Under the pieces are notes generated by a model that worked only from the letters and a program-made list of their open reading frames with translations, ran no database searches and was not told the origin of the DNA. DNA of 63,037 nt, the filler included, from Octopus bimaculoides (taxonomy: Eukaryota), in NCBI RefSeq assembly GCF_001194135.2. It is 4 parts of 4 records of this genome, joined end to end, with 100 filler letters (N's around TTAATTAATTAA, not from the genome) between each part and the next. Parts side by side here need not be neighbours in the genome. Positions count along the whole stretch, not along the records: positions 1 to 18,216 come from NC_068991.1; 3 more parts are not named here. One strand, written 5' to 3'. Below, in pieces: positions 1 to 11,780 of the stretch. Position 1 is the stretch's first letter; the number at the start of each line of letters is the position of its first letter. The position numbers and the translations under genes were made by a program.

Positions 1-33
<33 letters not shown>

Positions 34-979
34 TAAAGAATTCCAATTTTTTTTGGATATTGTTCATGCTGTTTTATTCCAATAGAACTTTAATCAACTG
101 ACCTATGTTCAAAACCTATGTAACCGTATCTATCATATCACTTTGCATATCTAGGAATATATTCCCAAGTGTGACGGAGATTCAGCTATTTGCTGCAGTA
201 TATTTGTTTAGTCATTCGTTCATTAATACTTTGATAAATGTCGTGTTATTAAATATTTTTTTAATGTACAAGTTTCGTCTTGTTTGTAGTCTTATAAATA
301 TTCTATTTCATCCAACCACATAAAAGTAGCTTTCTAAATATTTTTGTGTGTATATATATATATGTATGTATGTACTTGCTTCAGAAAAATTGCAACGTTT
401 TTGCATTCATTGACATTTACGTATGTTTGAGTTAGTTGTTATATATAGAAACATATGTAGTAGAAATATATACATAGCAAATTTAGCATTTTCTCCGCAG
501 ATTCAAAGAAATGATGAAAAGCTTTATCGAGTTTTCGGACCTTATTGAATTCTCATCAGAGGTGTCTAAATCATTTGAACAACCTCAGAGAAACAAGTAG
601 GCAATCTGTTTATGTGCAAAACAAATCCAGTAGCTTCACAAAATTGGGGCTGCTAATTTGCGTACTATAAGTATTTAACGTTTAATTACATATAAGCGTC
701 TTGTCAACGAGGATCTCTGTCCGTAAAATATCAAGGTGTGACGCATATAAAACTACGTAATAGTCATACATTAATGGCAAATTCAACTGTATATTAAGTT
801 GGAAAGAAACCCCTGTCACATTGTGACTTGATCACTTTGAGGGTAATTTGTCGGTACTTACAGTAAATTAAGAATTAATTTTTGCAGTCTAATGTCTTTG
901 TTTGCAGATTACTTTATCCCATTGTAGTTAAATTCTTATTGAGTTTTACCCTTTTATAAGGTGTTTAGATCAGACCCCT

Positions 980-1605
980 ATCAGACACTGCATTCTGTGT
1001 GAATTCAAAAGGAGAACTTCAACATTGAAACAGCAAGAAATAATCCTTCTGTCAATAGAAAAGAAGCTTTAAGTGTCCGGATAGGTCAATGAGGGTGTGG
1101 TCAGTTTCGCTAGAGAATTTTGTTCTTTCCCAGATTCCCCTCGATCTGGACCAGGTTCTGTGCATATTGAGCTTCTGAAACCGTAGTCAAGAAAAATCCA
1201 AATGTAACTGGAGGAAGATTAGCAAAAGATTTCAATTCATATCACACTTTGATCATAAAATACTTCCATAAGCTAGGAAACGTTTCCAAACTTGATTAGT
1301 GGGTCTCGCTTCGTCTGATTGGTTCCCAACATAATAAAAAAGATGACCTCTGCTCGTCATTGAAGAGTAAACTTGCTACCGAGCATTTCCTGATGAAAGT
1401 GGGGTCCTCTATAATCATATGCAATGTCAACTACAATGATTGGCACACAATGAAAAAGGAAAATCCCTCCTCAAAAAGAAAACAAAAACAGACCCGAGAA
1501 AAGTTAAGCTCTGTGTTTGCTGGGATATGAAGGGTTTCGTCTATCATGAAGTGTGGAAAATAATTATTGTCAATTGGAGGCATTGCACAAACATTTGCAG
1601 AAAAG
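980..1605 (+). mobile_element. Degenerate mariner (Tc1/mariner) transposase remnant
   Basis: Frameshifted translation gives RHCILCEF, KLGNVSKLD*WV (WVPHEL region), DEKWVLYN and KVKLCVCWDMKGFVYHEV, matching the mariner DEKW and KVMLCVWWD motifs. Stops and frameshifts are present. Confidence 0.9.
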
Positions 1606-1926
1606 TAGGGTTTCACTGTCAATTGTATTTTTATAGGGTGTATTTAGGACTACATTATAATAGCTGTCCTTCAATTATTTAAGCAAGTAGGACGCGATTT
1701 AAGGGTAGGTTGAGCTGTTATTTCTAGCCTTTTTAATGAAGTTCTAGGAATATTCTCTTTTGAGTTAGCAGTAATATTGTTACAGAGTTGGCAGTGTTGT
1801 TGGTTATGTCTTGTCAGCTTTGAAAGAGCAGGCTTATGATCAAAAGTATTCTAGTCAGCATATTGCCGACATTATGCAATGAGACCGTCATTTTTAAAGA
1901 CCAGTTTATGATTTGTTGAAAATGTG

Positions 1927-2048
1927 GTTCGCTCGTAGAGGCTCGCTCGTAGAGGCTCGCTCGTAGAGGCTCGCTCGTAGAGGCTCGCTCGTAGAGGTTC
2001 GCTCGTAGAGGCTCGCTCGTAGAGGCTCGTTCGTAGAGGCTCGCTCGC
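1927..2048. repeat. GC-rich 14-bp minisatellite (GCTCGTAGAGGCTC), about 8.5 copies
   Basis: Unit read directly, with occasional GTTC variants. It explains the 14-aa periodicity of ORF 1814..2155. Confidence 0.95.
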
Positions 2049-2304
2049 ATTGGTGCAAATGTGTCTAAGTATTCATTGGTGAATGTTAGCAAAGAAGTGT
2101 ATGAATATGATACAAGGAACTTTGAATGTAAACTCGTCAAATTGAGAGTGACCAATAGACGGAGTGAAGGGTGGATTTGAGAGAAATATTACTCCCAGAT
2201 TCGATTCCTTGTTTGTATCTTGTTATTTCCTTTGTCTTGAATTCTTTCTTTAAAAAATCACAGTAGTTACATTCGTAAAATAAAAATAAGGTTTGTATTT
2301 TATA

Positions 2305-2519
2305 TTGGTTTCAAATTTTGGCAAAAGACCAGTAATTTCGGCTGAGGGGTAAGTCCATTTCATCACCCCCATTGTTTAACTGGAACTTATTTTATCGACC
2401 CCGAAAGGATGAAAAGCAAAGTCGATCAGGGCAGAATTTGAACTTGTAACATAAAGACGGACGAAATGCAGCGAAGCAGTTTGCCCGGCGTGCTAACGGT
2501 TCTGCTAGCTCACTGTCTT
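2305..2519 (-). mobile_element. SINE family A (tRNA-like head, CCTTTCATCCTTTCGGGGTCGATAAA core)
   Basis: Reverse complement aligns with the + copy at 6904-7105 and more than 10 other copies in the window. Confidence 0.9.
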
Positions 2520-3779
2520 AAAAAGAGAAATAAAGATTACACTTTATATTACAAGGGATATAACTAATTTACATATTTGAGACGTTTACATGTAGTTATT
2601 GATCGTGTGACAATTGAGTAATTGCGTTTATGTAAGCGTATAGTTATCAAATGTGTTAAGATGATACTTTCTACCTCGCAGTTTGGAGCTTCTCAGAATT
2701 GTCTTTCCTTCAAGTGACTTGTTTTTGTTCGGCAATCGTAATTATAAAAGACAATGAAAAATCCAATTTGCCATTAGAGATAAACAAAATAAAAAAAAAA
2801 AAGAAGCAGATCACGTTTATCACAAGTTTAGTTACCTAGGAGAGTTACAGATTAATGGCGATAATTCACGAATGAAAAACTCATTAATTGATGAAAGAAA
2901 TAATTCGATTCATTCTTTGGTTGAAATTCTCCATTTTCATGCCACCCACTAAAAGTTTAAAGTTTTTAGTTATGACTTTTTGCAAACCCCAGCCTCGAAT
3001 ATAAATTATACGTTCAAGGCATTTGTAATTCGAATACGACTCTCAGAGGGATAGATTTACAAGTCTGACGTTTAGATGTCTTTGTTTTTAAGCAAGCTGA
3101 AAAGGTTTCACGTTTCGTATTGAAGACCTTGACAAGCAAATTTATTAATTTGATATTCTCCATTACGCAAAAATTGCACAATTATTACCTTGATCTCTGT
3201 TATGCATAAATTGCAGTTACTGATACGACCATTGAATGCTCTCTCTTATCTTAAGATTACTTTTTCCTCTAACATTCGGGTAGTGATTATATCTTTACAC
3301 ACAAATGGAATGATTCTGGCTCCTGTAAGTGAACGAATGGGTAAGTTGTATAAATTGTATTATAAAGGCATTTCCTGTTAACACAAATCTGACATTCACT
3401 ACACGTATTAAGGGTGTGTTATACGATCTAGGTTATTCAACGAAGTGGACATATAGTATAGCTACCTTCTGTTTTAATGATTTTTCTTCATAGAAGGGAG
3501 TGAGGGAAGAGGACTGGAGGTTTACTGCAACTAGCGATGCAAAAAGGATTAGCTGAGTACATTAAATAAATATGCTCGACAACACGTATTGAGAAGTTTT
3601 TCACTTGTTTGTCATGAAAATGTGCATATGTGTTTGTGAGTGTGTACGTGGGGATGTATATTCGATTACTCATACACCCGCACATGCACACATATATGAA
3701 GCATATAAGGTATACTAGCATAACAGAGATGAGATGTTGTGGCGACGTATACATATTCTTGTACATAGAGACACATGAT

Positions 3780-3945
3780 ACAGACACAAGAACACAAGTA
3801 CACATATATACACGCATAGACATATAAACAACACACACAACGCATACACATACTGAAAACACATACCCATAACCACAATATATACACACACACACACATA
3901 CATACATACATACATACATACATACATACATGCAAACATACATAC
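3780..3945. repeat. Compound (CA)n/(CATA)n microsatellite
   Basis: Direct reading. Confidence 0.95.
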
Positions 3946-3974
3946 AGCTGCGCTGTAGATATAAATATCTCTTT

Positions 3975-4943
3975 GAAAATCAAAGAAAAAGAGGATATCT
4001 ATGGACAACTGTTTCGAGAAGAGGCGCTTTGAGGCGGCATAGCGGCCGCCGTGCTGGCGGCGAGATCGGCTCGTGTTCAATTCTTCAATGCCAAGTACGA
4101 AGTTTGCGTTGTCAAAGCTAGGAGGCGTGCGCTAAGACATAGGGGGGTGAAAGCCTTTCGATGGACCCGGGTGGAGGAGGCTCATCGTGTAAACAAAGAT
4201 GCAATTCGGTCTTTGATGGGTCGGGACGGGCGCTTGTTATTTGAATCCAAACAGATGTATGCGTAATTTCAGTGGTACTTTGCCAAACTGTGCGGAGAGC
4301 ACGGTGGGTCAGAGATGGGGGTGGATTTTACCTCCTACGTCGAATGTATGCAGAGCCTTTAGGCCAGAGATGCAGGGTACTGCGAAGTGCCGATAATAGT
4401 CGAAGATATACTATACGCGATGACTGGCTGCACAAAGAAGTCTCCGGGGCTGGATGGTCTGCATTTCGAGCTTTATCTTCATATAACAAAATGTTCGGAG
4501 ATCTTTTGGCGTATGTCTACTACAAATGGCAGTGGAACGGGAGAATTCCCAGTGCTGGGAGCCGTGGAGTAGTGGTGCTGCTGAGAAAGGACATTATTGA
4601 TGGGGACCCAATAATTTGAGACCCGTAACTGTGTTGAACATAGATTTTGGTCAAGGTGTTAGTGAAGAGGCTGGTGCTTGTCATCAAGAAACATCCATCA
4701 AGAAACATCCATCCTCAACAATCTCCACTGCATGCGCTGCATCATAGGGAAGGTAGGTAAAGAACTTGGCAGGGGTGGGGCCCTAATCAGTTTGGACCGA
4801 TCGAAAGCTTTTGATAGGGTCAACCACCAATACTTGAAGGCTGTCTTCACAGCAATCGGTTTGCCTCTCGTTTTCAGAGCCCGGATCGCTGCAATGTACA
4901 GCGACATCTATTCGGTGGTCAAAAGTAGATGGACACGTATCAG
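3975..4943 (+). mobile_element. L1/Tx1-clade LINE ORF2 (reverse transcriptase) remnant, frameshifted
   Basis: Motifs KKSPGLDGLHFELY, GVVVLLRK, RPVTVLN-ILVKVL, GALISLDRSKAFDRVNHQYL and IAAMYSDIYSVVK correspond to L1/Tx1 RT domains 1-3. A 14-bp tandem duplication lies at 4682-4709. Confidence 0.9.
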
Positions 4944-5408
4944 CATCGATTACAGTTTAGTAATCAGATCGACAACTTTAGTAACACATGGATTGAATAG
5001 CAAAATTGAAACCTAGATGGATTACAAATAATGAATGAACGACGGCAATAAACGAACAAACTGTTGCAAAACAACATGCAGTGTAGTAAATTATGATGCG
5101 ATCACACAAAAGACAAGTAATAGCTCAATGCAATTTGTTCCTGTTACTGGATTGGCCAATGAGAAAGGAAAAAGATAGGTAGAATATCAAAAAGAAAAAA
5201 AAAAAGAGAGCTTTTGCAAAACTGTGTCTGAAACGATATAAATAAAAACACTAGCAAATTAGTGAATGGAAAGTCGATAGATAAGCCCATATTAAAACTA
5301 TGTGAGAAATCGCCTAATAAAAATAGCCATAAAATCAGCTTGAATGCCAAACGAAGAAAGTTCACACTTGAAGATTGCAATTGCGTGAAACTCGTGTAGC
5401 AAGAAAAG

Positions 5409-5473
<65 letters not shown>

Positions 5474-5520
5474 ATATATGTCTGTCTGTCTACCTGCCTG
5501 TCTATGTATGTATGTATGTA
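5409..5520. repeat. (TCTA)n then (TATG)n microsatellite
   Basis: Direct reading. Confidence 0.95.
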
Positions 5521-5694
5521 TTATGTATCTATCTATGGATTATGCATGTACGCCCCTCCACACACACACAGCTTGAACGAAATGCATTGTGTGAACCTCC
5601 CAGTAGTAGGTGATATCTATTGACATTTTACAAATAAATAAAATCTAAAGATATTCTTTTTCGTCGTTTGCAATTCTAACCGTAAATTTTTCCT

Positions 5695-5727
5695 CACACA
5701 GACACACACAAACACACACTTTACACA

Positions 5728-5799
<72 letters not shown>

Positions 5800-5997
5800 C
5801 GTACACACGTACAAACATAGTCAGGTATATAGAAACAAATACACATACATACACACAGGCATACATATACATACTCACACACACACACACACACACACTT
5901 ACACACACACCTGCGTTTGTATTCTGTCACATGCCTATATATATTTGTATGTAAATATGTGTATTTACTGTATGCGCGTTTTTGATTGCTCGAATAT

Positions 5998-6052
<55 letters not shown>

Positions 6053-6064
6053 AACACACACACA
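5695..6064. repeat. Interrupted (CA)n microsatellite tracts
   Basis: Direct reading. Confidence 0.95.
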
Positions 6065-6339
6065 TATTTGTATTAATTTTTTTCTTGTATCTCTTCTCTC
6101 CTATCTTTCTTCCTCTTCGCCCTCCCTCTTTCTCATGTCTTTTGTCTTTATTCTTTTTTTTGTCTATCCTGATATTTCAATCGCTGAATATACCAACAAC
6201 GTCGTAAACACCATTCAGTTCGATATTAACAGATCAATAATTTATTTCAAACAAATGTCGTTGAAGAAATACATTTATTTATTCATGTTTTATTTATTTT
6301 CCCCCGTCTTTTAAAATGTTAAACCTTCATATTATTACA

Positions 6340-6341
6340 CA

Positions 6342-6412
<71 letters not shown>
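6340..6412. repeat. (CT)n microsatellite
   Basis: Direct reading. Confidence 0.95.
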
Positions 6413-6417
<5 letters not shown>

Positions 6418-6903
6418 GTATCTCAATCACTCATTCTCTCCATTCTTTTCCATTTGACACAAATCGTTGTATCGCTCTCCTCTAGTTCAGAACTCTTTCG
6501 TCATTAGATGCAATACTGTAAATGTATTACAAATATGATTACAAGTTCTATCATCTTACAGCTTGTCAGGTTGAAAGGCAAACAATAACAAAACAATTAT
6601 CTATCGGCTTTTAAAAGAGCATGATTTTAGAGGTCGACAACGTCTGACAACTACTACTATCTGTTTGACAGATTATACATTCTATGATCACATGTACAAC
6701 CAGTTGGTTTTAAGGTGTTAAGTAGAAATAGATTACTTTTCATACCGTATTATTTATTTATGCGCTCATGTACTGTGTACTTTAGAAATTGTGAGGCTGA
6801 GTATATATGATTAATTATTATTCTTAACACCAAACAGGGTGGTTGACGAAACAGAACTGGTAGTGAAATAGACAAAATGCATTACAATAGTTAGTTATAT
6901 GAA

Positions 6904-7105
6904 GGCGGCGAGCTTACAGAAACGTTTGCACGCCGGGCGAAATGCTTAGCGGTGTTTCGTCTGTCTTTACGTTCTGAGTTCAAATTCCGCCGAGGTCGAC
7001 TTTGCCTTTCATCCTTTCGGGGTCGATAAATTAAGCATCTGTTGAGTACTAGGGCCGATGTAATCGACTGCCCCCTCTCCCAAAATTTCGGGCCTTGTAC
7101 CTAGG
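6904..7105 (+). mobile_element. SINE family A, near full length
   Basis: GGCGGCGAGCT head, B-box-like GAGTTCAAATTCC, core GCCTTTCATCCTTTCGGGGTCGATAAATTAAG, 3' GGCCTTGTACCTAG. Confidence 0.9.
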
Positions 7106-7151
7106 GGAAATTGTGCGTAAGAATTAATTGCAGGCGTATCCAATTTAAGAA

Positions 7152-7210
7152 AAGTGAAGATAAAAGCTAAGTGAAGATAAAAGCTAAGTGAAGATAAAAG
7201 CTAAGTGAAG
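7152..7210. repeat. 17-bp tandem repeat AAGTGAAGATAAAAGCT, about 3.5 copies
   Basis: Direct reading. Confidence 0.95.
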
Positions 7211-7669
7211 AAGTATGGAATAAGTAATTGTTATACGCTTATAGAAAAACAATTTATATTATAGCATAGATACATACCTGTTGAAGACGAAAATGTATGT
7301 GAGAGCTATTGTATTGGATGTATGTATAATCATAGAGAAAGTGAAAAATATATGAAATGGACGTGTGCGTGTGCATGTGTGTTTGTTTGCTGCTAATTTG
7401 GCGGGAGTATTGCAGTCAGCAGGAGGTGGTTTGTGTTTTATCTCTCGATCAACGGCCGGACAATTGAAAATATTTTTTTAATGTGTTTTGGGAAAAGGGG
7501 ATCTTTTGAAGTGGGCGTCAAATGAAAAGAGACATGGACAGTTTTATGACTGAACTTCTTTTGAAGTTGGCGTGAGACGGAAGATTTGATGTACGTGCTT
7601 ATGTCTGTGTGTGTGTGTATGTTTGATGGGGTGTGCGAGACAGAGAGAGTAATGTTGATGGTGTGTGTG

Positions 7670-7773
7670 TATGAGAGAGAGAGAGAGAGAGAGAAAGAAA
7701 GAAAGAGAGAGATAACTCAAATTTCTATTCAGTTTTTGTAGTGAGTGAATGTGTGAATGATTGACAGAGAAAA

Positions 7774-7835
<62 letters not shown>

Positions 7836-7862
7836 TATGTATGTATGTATGTATGTATGTAT
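7670..7862. repeat. (GA)n and (TATG)n microsatellites
   Basis: Direct reading. Confidence 0.9.
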
Positions 7863-8091
7863 TAATGGCTTCAGTGACACACACTCACATACACGCACGC
7901 ACGCAGGTTGTTTTAATCGATTTTCTTGGTAACTATAGGGTCTAGGAAAAAATACAAAGCGCGTTCCAATCTATGCACCCGTCTTCACATGTGTGCCATT
8001 TTTCACGCGAATCCACCCAGCCGTTTGGCCGTGAACCTCGAGACAAGAAAGAATACAACGGTCGTTCATGTTCAATTTATATTATATATAT

Positions 8092-8123
<32 letters not shown>

Positions 8124-8156
8124 GCCTATGTATATATGTGTGTGTATATATGTTAG

Positions 8157-8330
8157 TGTGTCTGTGTTTCTCCCCCTACCATCGCTTGACAAATGATGTT
8201 GGTGTGTTTACGTCCACATTAGTAGCGCTTCTGCTTACAAAGAATAAGTCCTGGGGGCGATTTGTTCGACTAAAGGCGGTGCCCCAGCATTGCCCCAGTG
8301 AAATGACTCAAGCAAATAAAAGAATAAAAG
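8157..8330 (+). mobile_element. SINE family B, 3' half
   Basis: CATCGCTTGACAA..GGTGTGTTTACGTCC..GAATAAGTCCTGGGG..AAGGCGGTGCCCCAGCAT matches the 3' half of the copy at 13845-14259. Confidence 0.85.
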
Positions 8331-9708
8331 GATACTCAAAATGCGGCGAACGAGGTAGCCGTTCTCACTCAGAAATCTAATGAAACCAAGCTATTCATTA
8401 AAGGCTGAGGTAGACCTAGTAAATATCTGCATTAATTTGGTTGTGTATTACCAGCTGGCTGCCATACTATTCTTGCACTTTCTGGTTAGATGGAAATGTC
8501 TACGCTATCGCATTTTTGTAGAAAAGATAAGGTGTCTTCGTCAGGGCGTTCACTTTCCAGTTTACAACTAATACAAAAACTGGTATCATGGAACGGTGAC
8601 TGATGCTACGAAAGTATACACAGCGGCTTCAACATCACCAGTGATTCTGAAATAAGTAAGTGTGGTAGTCTATATAAAGCAGATTTTTCATAGCCTGCTT
8701 TACTAAATTATATACAGATTTAGTTCGGTGGGAGGGGGAGATGATGGACGTTTGCAATTTAGGACACTGGTTGAGCAAAGGATTCGATAGAAATGTTTGC
8801 GTTCAGTAGAGAGTACGAGAGATAATGACATGAGTACAATGGGGAACGTTTTGGAATGTGTTTAACATCCTTTTCCGAAAAACTTAGAACGGAGATTATA
8901 AATTTGATCGCAAGACCATTCACTTGCTAATAATACAAGAATAAAAGAGCAATATTAGTTTGGTAAAACATCTCTAGAATGTTTTAGTGAAGACAGATCA
9001 TTGATCTGCCGCGTTATGTCGAACAATTGTTATGACGCGAAAGATCAATCTCTCTATAAACCCGGATCATTGTCAAGGTATCCACAAATTCTTTAATTGG
9101 GGAGAAAAGATAGATATTGTTATATCTGGGGATGGTGACCTCTTGCCAATTAAACACACGCACAATTTATTTGATCTTCATTTTAGATTCATCACTATCA
9201 TTATTAGCTTATTTGCCAGACTTCTTTCGTCACACATTATTTGACCCCAGCAACCATTTCTATCCCACGTGTCTCCTTTTGTCCGTTTATCTAAAAGATG
9301 GACAAGTTTTCTCGATTGGATGGCGATAAGAAAAATGTTAGTTTTGTGGACAAGGTTAACAGGGCTGCTAGCAGAGTTTATTCCTGTAGCAAGACTAAAA
9401 TATGAAGAGATATAATCATGTGGATATATTTTTTTGATAAATCAACTGAATAGTTACTCATAGGTAATTACCGTAGGGCTCTAAGTCTTATATCATTATG
9501 TATGGATTTTTACCTGTCATACCTTTGTTTTCATTTAATTGGCAGCCTTCAACTTAATTAATCTCGACATATTGCAAGCGAAGATTGATGAACCGTAAAG
9601 ATATCGAAATCGATCGGTTTGACCCTCTAACTCAGATGGGGCCTAATTTTGCCTACGTGGATTTTTACTTGAATTCGTATATGTGAGGCTGCGTTTAAAT
9701 GTGTGTGA

Positions 9709-9752
<44 letters not shown>

Positions 9753-9859
9753 ACGGGGAGAAAAAGAAAGAGAGAGAGAGAGAGAAAGATAGAGAGAGAA
9801 ATCACGCGTATATACGTGCATGCATATATTTCAGTATGCATGTAAGATATACTTTAAAA

Positions 9860-10820
<961 letters not shown>

Positions 10821-11223
10821 TTATCTATTCATGTATGTATTTATATGCTGAATATTTTTTTCTTTTACTCCGTCTTAAAAGCAAAATTGTTTAAGTTAAT
10901 GCCACTAACAGACAGACGTGATGGGTATGGTAGGCAGATTTGTTGGCGGTAGTGATGCTAGTTGATGTGACGGCCTGTTGTAGTGGTATTAATTCAGAAG
11001 GAGGGATTAACTAGTAAGAGGGTAGCAGAGGAGTTGGTGGTGGTGGATGGTTCCGGTCGAAATCCATTTAAAATTATTGCTGATATATAAACAAAAGTAT
11101 TATTAAAGCTGAAAAAGAAATCTAAAAACGAAATATTGCAATAAAGTATGTTGAATGTACGAAATAGTTTTGTGTCTGGTGAAACGTTTCCTTCTTTCTT
11201 TTGAAACGTAATTCAGCAGTTGT

Positions 11224-11257
<34 letters not shown>

Positions 11258-11269
11258 ATGATAGTGGTA

Positions 11270-11780
11270 CAGTAATCCCTCGACTGTCGCGGCTGTTACG
11301 TTCCAACTCTCCACCAGCGATAGGTGGAAGTCCGCGAAGTAGAAACAGTGTTCGTTTGTTCATTCTCGATCCATGCTTGGCTCATAAGGGCCGGTTTCAT
11401 TGGCGTATAGGTCCGTCGCAGGTGAGCTGCTAGATGTAGGAGGAAAGAGCGAGAGAAAGTTATGGTGAAAGAGTCAGCAGAAGTTCGCCATTACCTTCTG
11501 CCAGAGCCGCGTGGAGCTTAGGTGTTTCACTCATAAGCACACACACATCGCCCGGTCTGAGATTCGAACCTGCGATCCCTCGACTGCGAGTCCGCTGCTC
11601 TAGCCACTAGGCCATGTGCCTCCACAGAAAAAGTACTGTACTGTATATTTTTGTTTTATTATTTTTATAACTTGCATATATTTATTTTATCGTAAATGCA
11701 AAACAACACAACGGAGGAATCGACGTTTGGTTAAATAATAAACCGCGGTAGGTGAACCGCAATATAGCAAGGGATTACTG
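11270..11780. mobile_element. Tigger/pogo-type MITE interrupted by a SINE
   Basis: TIRs CAGTAATCCCT / GGGATTACTG flanked by TA on both sides. An uninterrupted inverted copy lies at 38516-38755. Confidence 0.85.
11350..11625 (-). mobile_element. SINE family C (tRNA-Arg-like head), variant 1
   Basis: Minus strand begins GTGGAGGCACATGGCCTAGTGG (A box), GGACTCGCAGTC (TCG anticodon-like loop), GGTTCGAATC (B box). Putative TSD AGAAACAGT (11341-49) / AGAAAAAGT (11626-34). Confidence 0.85.

Noticed and set aside
532-559. Minus-strand CTGATGAG..CGAAA hammerhead-like spacing
   Set aside because: Stem II (GAAT/GTCC) and stem III do not pair in this copy; at best a heavily decayed relic.
501-600. Possible terminal exon after TTCTCCGCAG
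   Set aside because: Two short alternative frames, neither recognisable, and no upstream partner in the window.
1927-2048. CRISPR-like array
   Set aside because: Contiguous tandem units with no spacers; eukaryotic context.
8561-8655. Exon-like segment (TTTCCAG..GTAAGT)
   Set aside because: Stops in all three frames; it could only be non-coding and is unsupported.
11550-11625. tRNA-Arg(TCG)-like gene
   Set aside because: The acceptor stem is incomplete and the sequence continues into a SINE body; it is a SINE head.
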